Positions 1 to 8,053 of a DNA stretch of 64,000 nt are shown one piece after another. Numbering within the stretch: position 1 is the first letter of the stretch; each line of letters opens with the position of its first letter. The position numbers were made by a program, and so were the translations under genes. The stretch is from an uncultured Eubacteriales bacterium (GTDB taxonomy: Bacteria; Bacillota; Clostridia; Oscillospirales; Acutalibacteraceae), in the NCBI GenBank assembly GCA_951801675.1, contig CATONX010000002.1, positions 129,038 through 193,037 on the forward strand, given 5' to 3'. A model generated the notes under the pieces. It ran no database searches. It was given only the letters and a program-made list of their open reading frames with translations, and was not told the DNA's origin.

Positions 1-564
1 GGTCAGGTCCGCCCGGCTGAACACCACTCCGTCTACGTTGCTGTCTTCCTCTCCCAGCGTATACACAGCGCCGCTTTTCAGGGCGTTTTCGCTCCCTTCC
101 GCCAGGGTGACGAACACCTTGTCGGCCTGTTTGACAAAGAGGGCCGCGTGGTCTTCGCAGGTGATGGACGCATCTTTGAGCACAATCTGGATTTTATCGG
201 TATCCGCCGCGTCCACCACAAGCTGTCCGTCGGTAAGAACGCCGGAAACCAGATAGGTCCCTTCGGCAAAAATAGTCACCACCCCGTCCGCGTAGAAGGC
301 TCCCGCGCCGGACAGGGAAACCTCACTGCCGTCCAGGATTATTTTCGTGGCGGCGTTCTCATCATAGCCCACGTCCAGGTCCCGGGAGGAAAATTCGATG
401 TCGATCTCTTCGGCGGAAGTGGTTTTTGCCGTGTTGGCGGCCTGGGTGGAGCTTGCCGTGTTCGCAGAAAGGGAAGAGGGACTTGGCACAGAATCAGAAA
501 GGCTACAGCCGGAGCATAGAAGCAGGAGAGCAGTGAGCAATATCGCCGCAAGCGGTCTTTTCAT
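1..564 (-). CDS. Secreted/lipoprotein-like protein, N-terminal 188 aa only (runs off the left window edge); Cthe_2159-type carbohydrate-binding/beta-helix family suspected
   Basis: Own translation from ATG at 564-562: MKRPLAAILLTALLLLCSGCSLSDS...EEIDIEFSSRDLDVGYDENAATKIILDGSEVSLSGAGAFYADGVVTIFAEGTYLVSG... The frame is open to position 1, so it is absent from the ORF track. It has a signal peptide and a lipobox-like CSGC. Its start overlaps the upstream stop by 1 nt (TGATG). Confidence 0.6.
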   Translation of the reverse strand, partial: MKRPLAAILLTALLLLCSGCSLSDSVPSPSSLSANTASSTQAANTAKTTSAEEIDIEFSSRDLDVGYDENAATKIILDGSEVSLSGAGAFYADGVVTIFAEGTYLVSGVLTDGQLVVDAADTDKIQIVLKDASITCEDHAALFVKQADKVFVTLAEGSENALKSGAVYTLGEEDSNVDGVVFSRADLT

Positions 565-1253
565 CAGAGTTCCTCCTTTCCAAAGGCGGGCTGCCCGCAG
601 AAAATTTCCAGGTTCCCGTTGCGGCAGCGCAGCGCGTCGATCAGCTCTTTTTCGCACATAGGGTCCCTGAGCACGATTTGGTAGGTGAGTTTATAAAGGC
701 TCCCCATGTTGCAGGTGCGCACCTGAACGAGCCTGCAAGAAGAGGTGTACTGCTCGAACAAGTCGTCGAATACGCCGCTGTAATCGAGGCTTTCCGGAAT
801 GGTAATGCGAAGAACCTTCATGCCCTTCGCCCCATCTCCGAAGGAAGTCAGGGAGAAAATCAGGTTGACGCACCCGAGAATCACCACGAACACCGCCGCT
901 GCCGCCAGATACCCCATCCCGGTGGCAAGCCCCACCGCCATGGCTAAAAAGATGCTGGCGATTTCCTTGGCGGACCCTGGAACCGACCGAAAGCGCACCA
1001 GGCTGAAGGCACCCATCACCGCCACGCCGGTGCCCAGGTTGCCGTTTACCAGCATGATGACCAGTTGTACGATGGCCGGAAGCAGGGCCAAGGTCACCAC
1101 GAAGCTCTTGCTGTAGGTGCTTCGAAACATGTAAAGAACGGCGATGATCATCCCCAGCACCAGAGATGCCGCCGTACAGATGAAAAAGCCTTCCACCGAA
1201 AAGCTGGAGGCGGTACCGGTGGAAAGGACGCTGGAAAACAGATCGTTAAGCAC
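564..1253 (-). CDS. DUF4956-family integral membrane protein
   Basis: 229-aa ORF with several hydrophobic helices and a soluble C-terminal domain. This is the usual partner of VTC-domain proteins. Its start overlaps the VTC gene stop by 8 nt. Confidence 0.75.
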   Translation of the reverse strand: MLNDLFSSVLSTGTASSFSVEGFFICTAASLVLGMIIAVLYMFRSTYSKSFVVTLALLPAIVQLVIMLVNGNLGTGVAVMGAFSLVRFRSVPGSAKEIASIFLAMAVGLATGMGYLAAAAVFVVILGCVNLIFSLTSFGDGAKGMKVLRITIPESLDYSGVFDDLFEQYTSSCRLVQVRTCNMGSLYKLTYQIVLRDPMCEKELIDALRCRNGNLEIFCGQPAFGKEEL

Positions 1254-1974
1254 AAAAAACCACTCCTCTTTGTTCTTGTGTGTCGTGCAAGGCCGTCAGG
1301 TACCCGCGCCCGTATTTGGAGAAGGACGAGGGACGGATTTCATACGCGTCGAGCAGATGAGAAAGCCATAAGGGCATGGCGCCCGGGATTTTGATTTCCA
1401 TCAGCCGCTGCCCTGGAGCGAGAAGGGGCCGTCCGAAGCTGCCCGAGCACAGGTCCAGGTCGCTTTCCCGCCAGAGAATCCGGCTGTCGAAGGTGATGCG
1501 CAGGTTGGGGTCCTCGATCCCATAGGTGGCGACCCGGTCGTAAGACAGATACATGGCCGGGCAAAGGCCCGGATAGAACCCCAGCACCCAGTCGATTTCC
1601 CGTTCAATCTGGGAGAGCTGCCCGCCGCGGCGTTCTCTTTTCAGAAAGCGCATGGATTCCGTAAGCGGCATGGCGACGCGCCGCTTATAGACCACGCCTT
1701 TGTACTTCTTTTTGAGCTCGACGAACACCTGGCTGTCCGGCTGGGGAACTCCATAGCTGCGCAGCCGCAGCTTTTCCTTGTAAACCGGTTTTTCCAGAGA
1801 GGTGCGGATGAGCCGGTGATCGGGGGTATCGTAATAGAGGTTGCAGATGGTGGTTTTTCCGTAGTCATCCTCTTTCATATGGCGCGTAAGCTGCGTAACG
1901 AGAGACTGGTATACCGCTCCGTCCAGCAGATATTTTTTTTCATAGCGTGCAAAAACGTCTTGGTAGCTGCTCAT
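1246..1974 (-). CDS. VTC-domain (polyphosphate polymerase domain-like) protein
   Basis: 242-aa ORF beginning MSSYQDVFARYEKKYLL...; KK/RR-rich tunnel-type motifs (ELKKKYKGVVYKRR) typical of bacterial VTC/CYTH-like proteins. AGGAG RBS lies 7 nt upstream. Confidence 0.8.
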   Translation of the reverse strand: MSSYQDVFARYEKKYLLDGAVYQSLVTQLTRHMKEDDYGKTTICNLYYDTPDHRLIRTSLEKPVYKEKLRLRSYGVPQPDSQVFVELKKKYKGVVYKRRVAMPLTESMRFLKRERRGGQLSQIEREIDWVLGFYPGLCPAMYLSYDRVATYGIEDPNLRITFDSRILWRESDLDLCSGSFGRPLLAPGQRLMEIKIPGAMPLWLSHLLDAYEIRPSSFSKYGRGYLTALHDTQEQRGVVFCA

Positions 1975-2131
1975 TGAAATGCTCCTTTCTTCTGGACAAA
2001 AGGAACGGTTTTAAAACCTCCTTTTGTCTGAAATCAGAATACCGCCTTTACTTAAAATTTACTTTAAAGATACTGTCGCTTTTCCCGCTTTCCTTTGTAA
2101 ACGTTTTGAAAACGGGGACGCAAGGAAAAAC

Positions 2132-2178
2132 AAAAAGAGCCCGGCCGCTTACACCGCAGCCGGGCTCTTTTTGTTTTT
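2132..2178. terminator. Bidirectional rho-independent terminator downstream of the histidine kinase gene
   Basis: 9-bp GC-rich stem GAGCCCGGC / GCCGGGCTC (2137-2145 / 2159-2167), flanked by an A-run and a T-run. Confidence 0.6.
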
Positions 2179-2181
2179 CTT

Positions 2182-3420
2182 TTATCCCAAGGGAAGAACC
2201 GCCTGAAAGCACACGGCTCCTTCCCCTTCTTTTCGCGCCGAAATCCGTCCCTTGTGGGCCTCTACAACCGCTTTTGCCACCGACAGGCCGATTCCATACC
2301 CGCCGGTTTCTCTCGAGCGGGAAGCGTCCGCCCGGTAAAACCGGTCAAAAAGGGAATCCAGGTCGGGCGGAACCGGATCGCACGCGTTTTTGACCTCCAG
2401 CTTTGCATACTTTCCCTGTCCGGAAAGAAAAACCGAAATTTGACTTTCCGGCGACGCGTATTTCACCGCGTTATCCAGCAAAATGGATACCACCTGCCTG
2501 ACACCGCTTTCTTCTCCCTTCATGACCAGTCCCGGCTGGATGGACACAGACAGGGCCTTTTCCTGGCTTTGGGCCAGTGCGGCAAAGGATTGGGCGGTTT
2601 CCTCCACCGCGTCGCTGAGGACAAAGTCGGTAAAAGGAAGCGTTCCCGGTTCCTCCTCCATCCGCGACAAGGTCAGAAGGCTCTGCACCAACCCGCTCAG
2701 ACGCCTGACCTGGTTTTGGATGCTCTCGGTCCATTCGCTGGGGCCGCCGGTCAGTTCCAGCACTTCGGCATTGGCTGAAATGATGGCCAGCGGGGTCTTG
2801 ATCTCATGGCTCGCGTCGGTGATAAACTGCTTTTGTTTTTCCATGCTCTCGATAACCGGGCGGATGGCCCGCCGGGAGAGGAGGGAAACGAGCAAAAACA
2901 TCACCGCCAAGGTGGCTAGGGCAATCCCGCTGGAAAGCAGCAGCAGCGAAAGAGAGGACTGCAGCTGGGTCCCCCGGTCGAGAAACAAAATCAGTGTTCC
3001 ATAGGCCTTTTCTTGGACGAAGTATTTGTATTGGTCCAGATACCCGCCGGTGCTGCCGCTTTCGAGGACCGTTTGGGCGTATTCCCTGGCCTTTGAAGAA
3101 TTTACCGCCGCGATATGCCCGGTATCGATCTGGCTGATGATCCCCTCCTGGTTTGTTTTCACGAGAAAGTACCGGGTTTCAAAAGGGGTTTCCTCGTTGA
3201 AATGAGCCGGGTTCGGTCCCATTCCTTTGGGTGGGCGTATTCCCCGGTCCAGTTCGGGGAACTTTCCCTCGTTTAGAGCCAGAAGAGTCAGGAGATTGTC
3301 CGCGTTTTGGTTCATCTGATAATAGGTCACGCCGTTTACCACCGCTAGGATCACCAGCAAAATGACAAAAAGGGACCCCATGGCAATGGCGATGAACTTG
3401 CGCTGCAGCCGCTTAATCAT
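2182..3420 (-). CDS. Sensor histidine kinase (two TM segments, HisKA + HATPase_c)
   Basis: H-box SHEIKTPL and N/G boxes (LLDNAVKY, GYGIGLSVAK). I chose the start MIKRLQRKF (ATG 3420), which overlaps the response-regulator stop as ATGATTAA. The 43 aa upstream of it in the ORF track lie inside the regulator gene. Confidence 0.85.
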   Translation of the reverse strand: MIKRLQRKFIAIAMGSLFVILLVILAVVNGVTYYQMNQNADNLLTLLALNEGKFPELDRGIRPPKGMGPNPAHFNEETPFETRYFLVKTNQEGIISQIDTGHIAAVNSSKAREYAQTVLESGSTGGYLDQYKYFVQEKAYGTLILFLDRGTQLQSSLSLLLLSSGIALATLAVMFLLVSLLSRRAIRPVIESMEKQKQFITDASHEIKTPLAIISANAEVLELTGGPSEWTESIQNQVRRLSGLVQSLLTLSRMEEEPGTLPFTDFVLSDAVEETAQSFAALAQSQEKALSVSIQPGLVMKGEESGVRQVVSILLDNAVKYASPESQISVFLSGQGKYAKLEVKNACDPVPPDLDSLFDRFYRADASRSRETGGYGIGLSVAKAVVEAHKGRISARKEGEGAVCFQAVLPLG

Positions 3421-4090
3421 TGCTTTCCTCCAACAGGTATCCCGCTCCCCGCACCGCCTTGATCTGCACGTTTGCCCCGATGCCGGACAATTTTTTGCGA
3501 AGAGAGGAAATGTATACCCATACCACGTTGATTTGGGCATCCGAGTCATAGCCCCAGATGCGCTCCATGAACTGCTCCGTGGAAACCAGCCGTCCTGGAT
3601 GGCGCAAAAGCATTTCGAGAATCTGGAATTCCTTGTTTCCCAGCCGGATGGCGCCCTCCTGCCCGGCGGCTTCGAAGGTGGCCCGGTTTAAAGTCAGGCT
3701 GCCGCAGGAAAGGGCGTCCGGGGAAAAATCCGTTCGCCGCCGCGTCATGGCCCGCACCCGGGCCAGCAGCTCGCCCATGGCGAAAGGTTTGGTCAGGTAA
3801 TCATCTGCGCCGCTGTCGAGTCCCAAAATCCGGTCGTCCACTTCCGAGCGGGCCGTCAGCATCAGCACCGGCGTGCTCACCCCGTTCTCCCGCAGCTCTC
3901 TGACCACGGTAAGCCCGTCCTTTTTTGGCATCATAATATCGAGAATGATCCCGTCGTAGTTCTCCGTCAGCCCATAGTCGCAGGCGTCCGCCCCATCGTA
4001 AACCGCATCCACGGAATAATGGTTGTGCTTTAAAATGGCGGTCAGCGCCCGGGACAGCTCCTTTTCATCCTCCGCAAGCAGCAGTCTCAT
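3413..4090 (-). CDS. OmpR/PhoB-family response regulator
   Basis: REC domain (LLAEDE...DGIILDIMMPKKDG...KPF) plus a winged-helix Trans_reg_C domain (LTNKEFQILEMLL...VWVYISSLRKKL). Confidence 0.9.
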   Translation of the reverse strand: MRLLLAEDEKELSRALTAILKHNHYSVDAVYDGADACDYGLTENYDGIILDIMMPKKDGLTVVRELRENGVSTPVLMLTARSEVDDRILGLDSGADDYLTKPFAMGELLARVRAMTRRRTDFSPDALSCGSLTLNRATFEAAGQEGAIRLGNKEFQILEMLLRHPGRLVSTEQFMERIWGYDSDAQINVVWVYISSLRKKLSGIGANVQIKAVRGAGYLLEESND

Positions 4091-4234
4091 TGGTTTTATT
4101 CTCCCTCAAATTCGTAAAAGATGGTTCTTTTCCTTCATGATAGTAGCATATTCTCTTTAAATCAAGCTTAATTTCTTTCGCCTTTCAAGCTCTTTTTTCG
4201 CATCGGTTCCATAAAATAAAAGGAGTGCAGTATT

Positions 4235-5311
4235 ATGACCACGAAGCCTATCGGCATCGCGCTTATTCCGGCCTATGAGCCATCCCGCCTCCTGCTTACA
4301 CTGCTCCAAGAGATATGCGCTGCTGGAATGACCGCCCTTGTCGTTAATGACGGCAGCAGTCCCCAAAGCCGTGTTGTCTTTCAAAAGGCCGAAGAGTACG
4401 CCACCGTCCTCACCCATGAGCAGAATCTGGGAAAGGGGCGGGCAATCAAAACCGGACTTTCCTATCTGAAAGAGCGGTTTGGGGGCCAGGAATATGTGGT
4501 GGTTACTGTGGACGCAGACGGGCAGCATCGGGTGGAGGATGCGAAACGGGTATGTCAAGCCGCTGCTCGCAGTCCAGATACTCTTATTTTGGGAAGCCGG
4601 AGATTCGAAGGTGAGGTGCCTGCCCGCAGCCGGTTTGGAAACACCGCCACCCGGCTTGCCTACCGATTGGCCACCGGAGTACCGGTTACGGATACCCAGA
4701 CGGGCCTTCGCGCCTTTCATAAAAATCTGCTTTCCCGGATGCTTTCCATTCCCGGAGAACGCTACGAGTATGAAATGAACGTCCTGCTTGTCTTGGCAAA
4801 GGAAGGGGTCCCGATCAAAGAAGTCTCCATCGCCACCGTTTACTTGGACCACAACGCTTCTTCTCATTTTGATACCCTGAAGGACTCCTGCCGGGTATAT
4901 GGTGAGATTCTGAAATTTACGGCCTCCTCGATCCTGGGCTTTCTGCTCGATTTTCTTCTTTATAACCTGCTTCTGATTTTTACCGGCGGGCTGGGAAGCG
5001 CGGTCAGCGTGCCCATATCCAATGTGCTTGCTCGTTTTTGCAGCGCCGGCGCCAACTACGCGGTCAACCGCCGGCTGGTTTTTCACAGCTCCTGCCGGGT
5101 GGGAAGGTCCCTGTTGCAGTATGCCCTTCTCGCGGGCGGCATCCTGTGCGCAAACACGTTTCTGTTGTCCCTGCTGACGGGGCTAAGCGGTATGGATCCG
5201 ATCTGGGCCAAAGTGGTCACCGAGCTGGTCTTTTTCCTTTTGAGCTGGGCGATGCAGAAATGCTTTATTTTCCGCCGGCATACGGCACGCAAGGAATTGG
5301 ACCAGCCGTGA
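4235..5311 (+). CDS. Fusion of a family-2 glycosyltransferase (polyprenyl-phosphate type) with a GtrA-like membrane domain
   Basis: N-terminal GT2 motifs (VVNDGSS, VTVDADGQH, DTQTGLRAF). The C-terminal 4-TM segment carries the GtrA signature (ARFCSAGANYAVNRRLVF). AGGAG RBS present. Confidence 0.85.
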   Translation: MTTKPIGIALIPAYEPSRLLLTLLQEICAAGMTALVVNDGSSPQSRVVFQKAEEYATVLTHEQNLGKGRAIKTGLSYLKERFGGQEYVVVTVDADGQHRVEDAKRVCQAAARSPDTLILGSRRFEGEVPARSRFGNTATRLAYRLATGVPVTDTQTGLRAFHKNLLSRMLSIPGERYEYEMNVLLVLAKEGVPIKEVSIATVYLDHNASSHFDTLKDSCRVYGEILKFTASSILGFLLDFLLYNLLLIFTGGLGSAVSVPISNVLARFCSAGANYAVNRRLVFHSSCRVGRSLLQYALLAGGILCANTFLLSLLTGLSGMDPIWAKVVTELVFFLLSWAMQKCFIFRRHTARKELDQP

Positions 5312-5614
5312 AATGTTTGTGGTTCCCTGCCTGTACCAGATAGCAAAAAAGCAGTAGCCAAAGTTAACGGGAGCAATCGCCCGCTTCTCAGAGCGGGAAG
5401 GAGAGGCCAATCGAGAGGAACCGTATAAAGAGCACCGAACGCCGCCGGTACCTCCGACAGCATCAAAGGGTTCAAAACGGTATTCGCGCTTGGGGGCGTT
5501 TTTGATGTCCGCGCCTTCGGCCTTTATCTGCCCGCGAGAAAAGAAAATGGGAAGCCATCAACAGACCGTAGTCCAAGCTGATATACACAAGAAACGGCGC
5601 GAATTTATCAAGAG

Positions 5615-5649
5615 AAACGCCGCCCGGATCATGCCGGACGGCGTTTTTT
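5615..5649. terminator. Stem-loop terminator downstream of the holin gene
   Basis: AAACGCCGCCCGG / CCGGACGGCGTTT imperfect inverted repeat followed by TTTTTT. Confidence 0.5.
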
Positions 5650-5657
5650 ATGAATGG

Positions 5658-6164
5658 TTATGCGTCGTTGCCGTTTTCCTGCGGCTGATATTCCAAGGCG
5701 ACCGGCGTCTCTTCTTCGGCTTGCACTTCGCGGTCAGTTGCCGCAGGGAGAGACGCGCCTGCGTTTGCCGTGCCGGTCGAAGGGGTTATGGTAGCTGCTG
5801 TGCTGCCTACTACTTGGGAAGTGCCCGCTTTTGCCGTCCGTGCGGCTTGCCGCTCGGTGCTGGTTTTGCCGGTCATGGCCGTCATGATAAAGTCACCGCC
5901 GTTATAGCTGGCAAAGGCGATTAACAATCCCTGTGTCAGGGAAGCGAACACTGCCATGAGCACGCTGGCCCAGTCGGTCAAAGTGACGGTAGAGAAGGTG
6001 TGTAGCGCACACAGAACCACCGAGCTGATGCCTACAATCAAAGGAATGCGGCACTCTTTTACCTTCATTTTCTGCAAGAACTTACGTACCGCATATAAGA
6101 CTGGAATGAGAATCAGCAACTCGGCCCGGACATATTGGTTGATTACATCGGAAATAAACTCCAT
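5658..6164 (-). CDS. Phage-type holin family protein (orphan)
   Basis: 168 aa: N-terminal half has 3 predicted TM helices (ELLILIPVLYAV..., IPLIVGISSVVLCAL..., VLMAVFASLTQGLLIAFA) and the C-terminal tail is hydrophilic and Ala/Thr-rich. Good RBS (GAGGGGG). The family call rests on overall resemblance only. Confidence 0.55.
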   Translation of the reverse strand: MEFISDVINQYVRAELLILIPVLYAVRKFLQKMKVKECRIPLIVGISSVVLCALHTFSTVTLTDWASVLMAVFASLTQGLLIAFASYNGGDFIMTAMTGKTSTERQAARTAKAGTSQVVGSTAATITPSTGTANAGASLPAATDREVQAEEETPVALEYQPQENGNDA

Positions 6165-6272
6165 AGAATCCCCCTCTTATTATGAGAGCAGGACAGGTAG
6201 ACTGCCTTATTTCAGCTTATGTAGGAAAGGAGGAGTCTGTCACAATTAATTGAAAATCAGGAGGAAAAGATA

Positions 6273-6301
6273 TTGACAACATCCGGCAAAATGAATATAA
6301 T
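6273..6301 (+). promoter_or_regulatory. Consensus sigma-A promoter for tRNA-Pro
   Basis: TTGACA (6273-6278), 17-nt spacer, TATAAT (6296-6301), about 18 nt upstream of the tRNA 5' end. Confidence 0.65.
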
Positions 6302-6318
6302 AAATAAGTCGCTAATCT

Positions 6319-6395
6319 CGGGGTGTAGCTCAGTTTGGTAGAGCGCTTGGTTCGGGACCAAGAGGCCATGGGTTCAAGTCCCGTCACTCCGACCA
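6319..6395 (+). tRNA. tRNA-Pro (anticodon CGG), CCA encoded
   Basis: Manual cloverleaf: acceptor stem CGGGGTG/CACTCCG, D-arm GCTC..GAGC, anticodon stem CTTGG/CCAAG with loop TTCGGGA, T-arm ATGGG-TTCAAGT-CCCGT, discriminator A, then CCA. Confidence 0.9.
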
Positions 6396-6404
6396 TTGTA
6401 GAAA

Positions 6405-6431
6405 GCCGTCGACTTTTGTCGGCGGCCTTTT
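6405..6431 (+). terminator. Terminator after tRNA-Pro
   Basis: 9-bp stem GCCGTCGAC / GTCGGCGGC with a TTTT loop, followed by CTTTT. Confidence 0.55.
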
Positions 6432-6479
6432 GCTATGTCTGTACTTATGCGGATTTAAGGGGCATTCAAAACAGTAAAG

Positions 6480-6501
6480 TCCTATAGTTACACCCGAAAG
6501 C
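6480..6501 (+). repeat. Direct repeat copy A (TCCTATAGTTACAC + degenerate tRNA-end-like CCGAAAG)
   Basis: The 14-nt sequence TCCTATAGTTACAC at 6480-6493 is identical to 7589-7602. Confidence 0.6.
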
Positions 6502-6568
6502 AAAATCGAGTGACAGGACCAAATTTTACTGATATAATTGAGTAAATAATATTTAAGAAGGTGTAGTC

Positions 6569-7513
6569 TTGATATGGATTGAGATGAGCCGGGATGATAT
6601 GCATGGCGGTGGCGAATGGGGATTTGCAAAATGTTTATGGTCTCCTGCATACAAGCAAGGAAAGCGAAACGGTTCATGGCTTTTCTGGAACAACATTTTG
6701 CGGGTTCAAAAAGAAGATGTAGTAATTCATTTGCGAGGTAAAGGGCATAAGGCTAATTTTGTTGGCTATTCAATTGCTGCAACAGATGGACACGAAACGC
6801 TAGAGCGACCGCCACAGGCTGGCATGTGGGGCTATGCAACCAGTTTTTTTCGAGTTTTACTAAAAGATTACCAAGAATTTGATGCTCCAATAAACCTACA
6901 TGACTTTTTTACTGTTCATAAAGAAGCACTGATTGCATATTTGCATAAATTTCAGACACCTCCTACCAACCGTTTTTTTGTACTTCAATCCAATCGTCTG
7001 CAATGTTTAAATGGCGCCTACCTTTCAAAATGTGACGAAGAACTGCTATCTTTGATCTTATGTAGAGAAGCTGAAAATAACTTAGCTGTTGTGTCTAGCC
7101 ATATTTCAACATCTGAAATATGGAGAAAAGTTAAACAAAGAGTAGGACAGACCCAATTTTCAGATGCAGTCAAAAAGAACTATCATTTTAAATGCTGCTT
7201 TCCTGGCTGTAAGGTTAACGATCCTAAGTTTTTAGTTGGGTCACATATTGCACGTTGGGTTGATAATCCTGATAAACGTGGTAGCATCTCAAATGGTCTT
7301 TGTCTTTGTGTACTACATGACAAAGCTTTTGAAAATGGCTATTTTTCGTTAGATGATGAGTTGCGTATAATCATCAGCCATAAAATAGAAATACAAGCTA
7401 GCAATGTTTTTATTGAGTATCTAAAACCATTCGAGTACAAAAAAATAGACTTTGCTGAAATTCTTCCAGATAAAGAATCTATAAAAGAGCATCGTTTTAG
7501 ATGTAAAGTATAA
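6569..7513 (+). CDS. Two-domain HNH_2-type endonuclease (candidate Type IV, modification-dependent restriction enzyme)
   Basis: C-terminal HNH_2 signature: CCFPGCKV...LVGSHIARW...NGLCLCVLHDKAFENGYFS. The N-terminal ~170 aa form a Trp-rich domain that I cannot assign. TTG start at 6569 (RBS GAAGGTG); alternative ATG at 6584. Confidence 0.8.
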   Translation: MIWIEMSRDDMHGGGEWGFAKCLWSPAYKQGKRNGSWLFWNNILRVQKEDVVIHLRGKGHKANFVGYSIAATDGHETLERPPQAGMWGYATSFFRVLLKDYQEFDAPINLHDFFTVHKEALIAYLHKFQTPPTNRFFVLQSNRLQCLNGAYLSKCDEELLSLILCREAENNLAVVSSHISTSEIWRKVKQRVGQTQFSDAVKKNYHFKCCFPGCKVNDPKFLVGSHIARWVDNPDKRGSISNGLCLCVLHDKAFENGYFSLDDELRIIISHKIEIQASNVFIEYLKPFEYKKIDFAEILPDKESIKEHRFRCKV

Positions 7514-7588
7514 GTTTAGTTTTTTTAATATTGTAAATACAGCTTGCCGATTGCCTCTAAACCATTGATATGACTGGGCTTCTCCAAA

Positions 7589-7610
7589 TCCTATAGTTAC
7601 ACTCCGACCA
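7589..7610 (+). repeat. Direct repeat copy B (TCCTATAGTTACAC overlapping a copy of the tRNA-Pro 3' end, CACTCCGACCA)
   Basis: Exact matches to 6480-6493 and to 6385-6395. It sits at the right-hand composition boundary. Confidence 0.6.
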
Positions 7611-7614
7611 AAAG

Positions 7615-7660
7615 AAAAAGCCCGGGAATCCGATTGAAATGCGGGTTCCCGGGCTTTTTT
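7615..7660. terminator. Bidirectional rho-independent terminator
   Basis: GCCCGGGAA / TTCCCGGGC stem (7620-7628 / 7646-7654), preceded by an A-run and followed by TTTTTT. Confidence 0.65.
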
Positions 7661-8053
7661 GATTTGCTGTGGATTTGGATGGTTTTCGCCGTTGACCCAT
7701 GCCGTGACTCATACGGGGATTTGTCGGATGCTTTGTGCGGTGGATTCCGGGAGCCTTTTGGGCTCTTCTCCCGGCTGTGGGATCAATACGGGCTGAAAAA
7801 GACCCCGTACGGGGCGTTTTGCCTTGCGGGCGGACATTCTCCACCCGGCCTTTCTTGGGTGAAAATCAGTGTGCTTTTCCGCCCGAAAAATGACTTGACA
7901 TTTCTCTCAGTCAGAGTTTACCTACAGGCCGTGGAGATTTCCCCGGCAAAAGAGTAACGCCGCTTTTGACATCGTGTTCAAATTCCACTTGTAAGTTTTA
8001 TAGACTGAATGCGTCCGTATGAAACGGATACACGCAGCCATGTCTCCGTTTTC

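Larger units (their letters stand above)
6396..7610. mobile_element. AT-rich, integrase-less genomic islet inserted at the 3' end of tRNA-Pro
   Basis: By eye, base composition drops sharply compared with both flanks. The last 11 nt of the tRNA (CACTCCGACCA, 6385-6395) recur at 7600-7610. The only cargo is the HNH gene. Confidence 0.5.

Noticed and set aside
4157-5086. 309-aa minus-strand ORF overlapping the glycosyltransferase gene
   Set aside because: It lies entirely antisense to a well-supported GT2-GtrA CDS. Its composition (Gly/Lys/Gln-rich) is non-protein-like and it has no RBS. This is a typical high-GC antisense artefact.
5312-5657. A 346-bp gap after the glycosyltransferase gene with a protein-like minus-strand stretch (QIKAEGADIKNAPKREYRFEPFDAVGGTGG)
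   Set aside because: It has no start codon or RBS, a stop lies immediately upstream, and I see no family resemblance. I also found no SRP, RNase P, tmRNA or 6S signatures. It may be a gene relic, but I cannot support that.
7661-8053. Intergenic 390 bp with TTGACA-like hexamers and a small palindromic hairpin (CCCCGTACGGGG at about 7800), considered as an sRNA
   Set aside because: The promoter-like hexamers lack convincing -10 partners, and the ORFs there (7634-7957 + and 7557-7844 -) have no coding character. Nothing supportable can be drawn from sequence alone.
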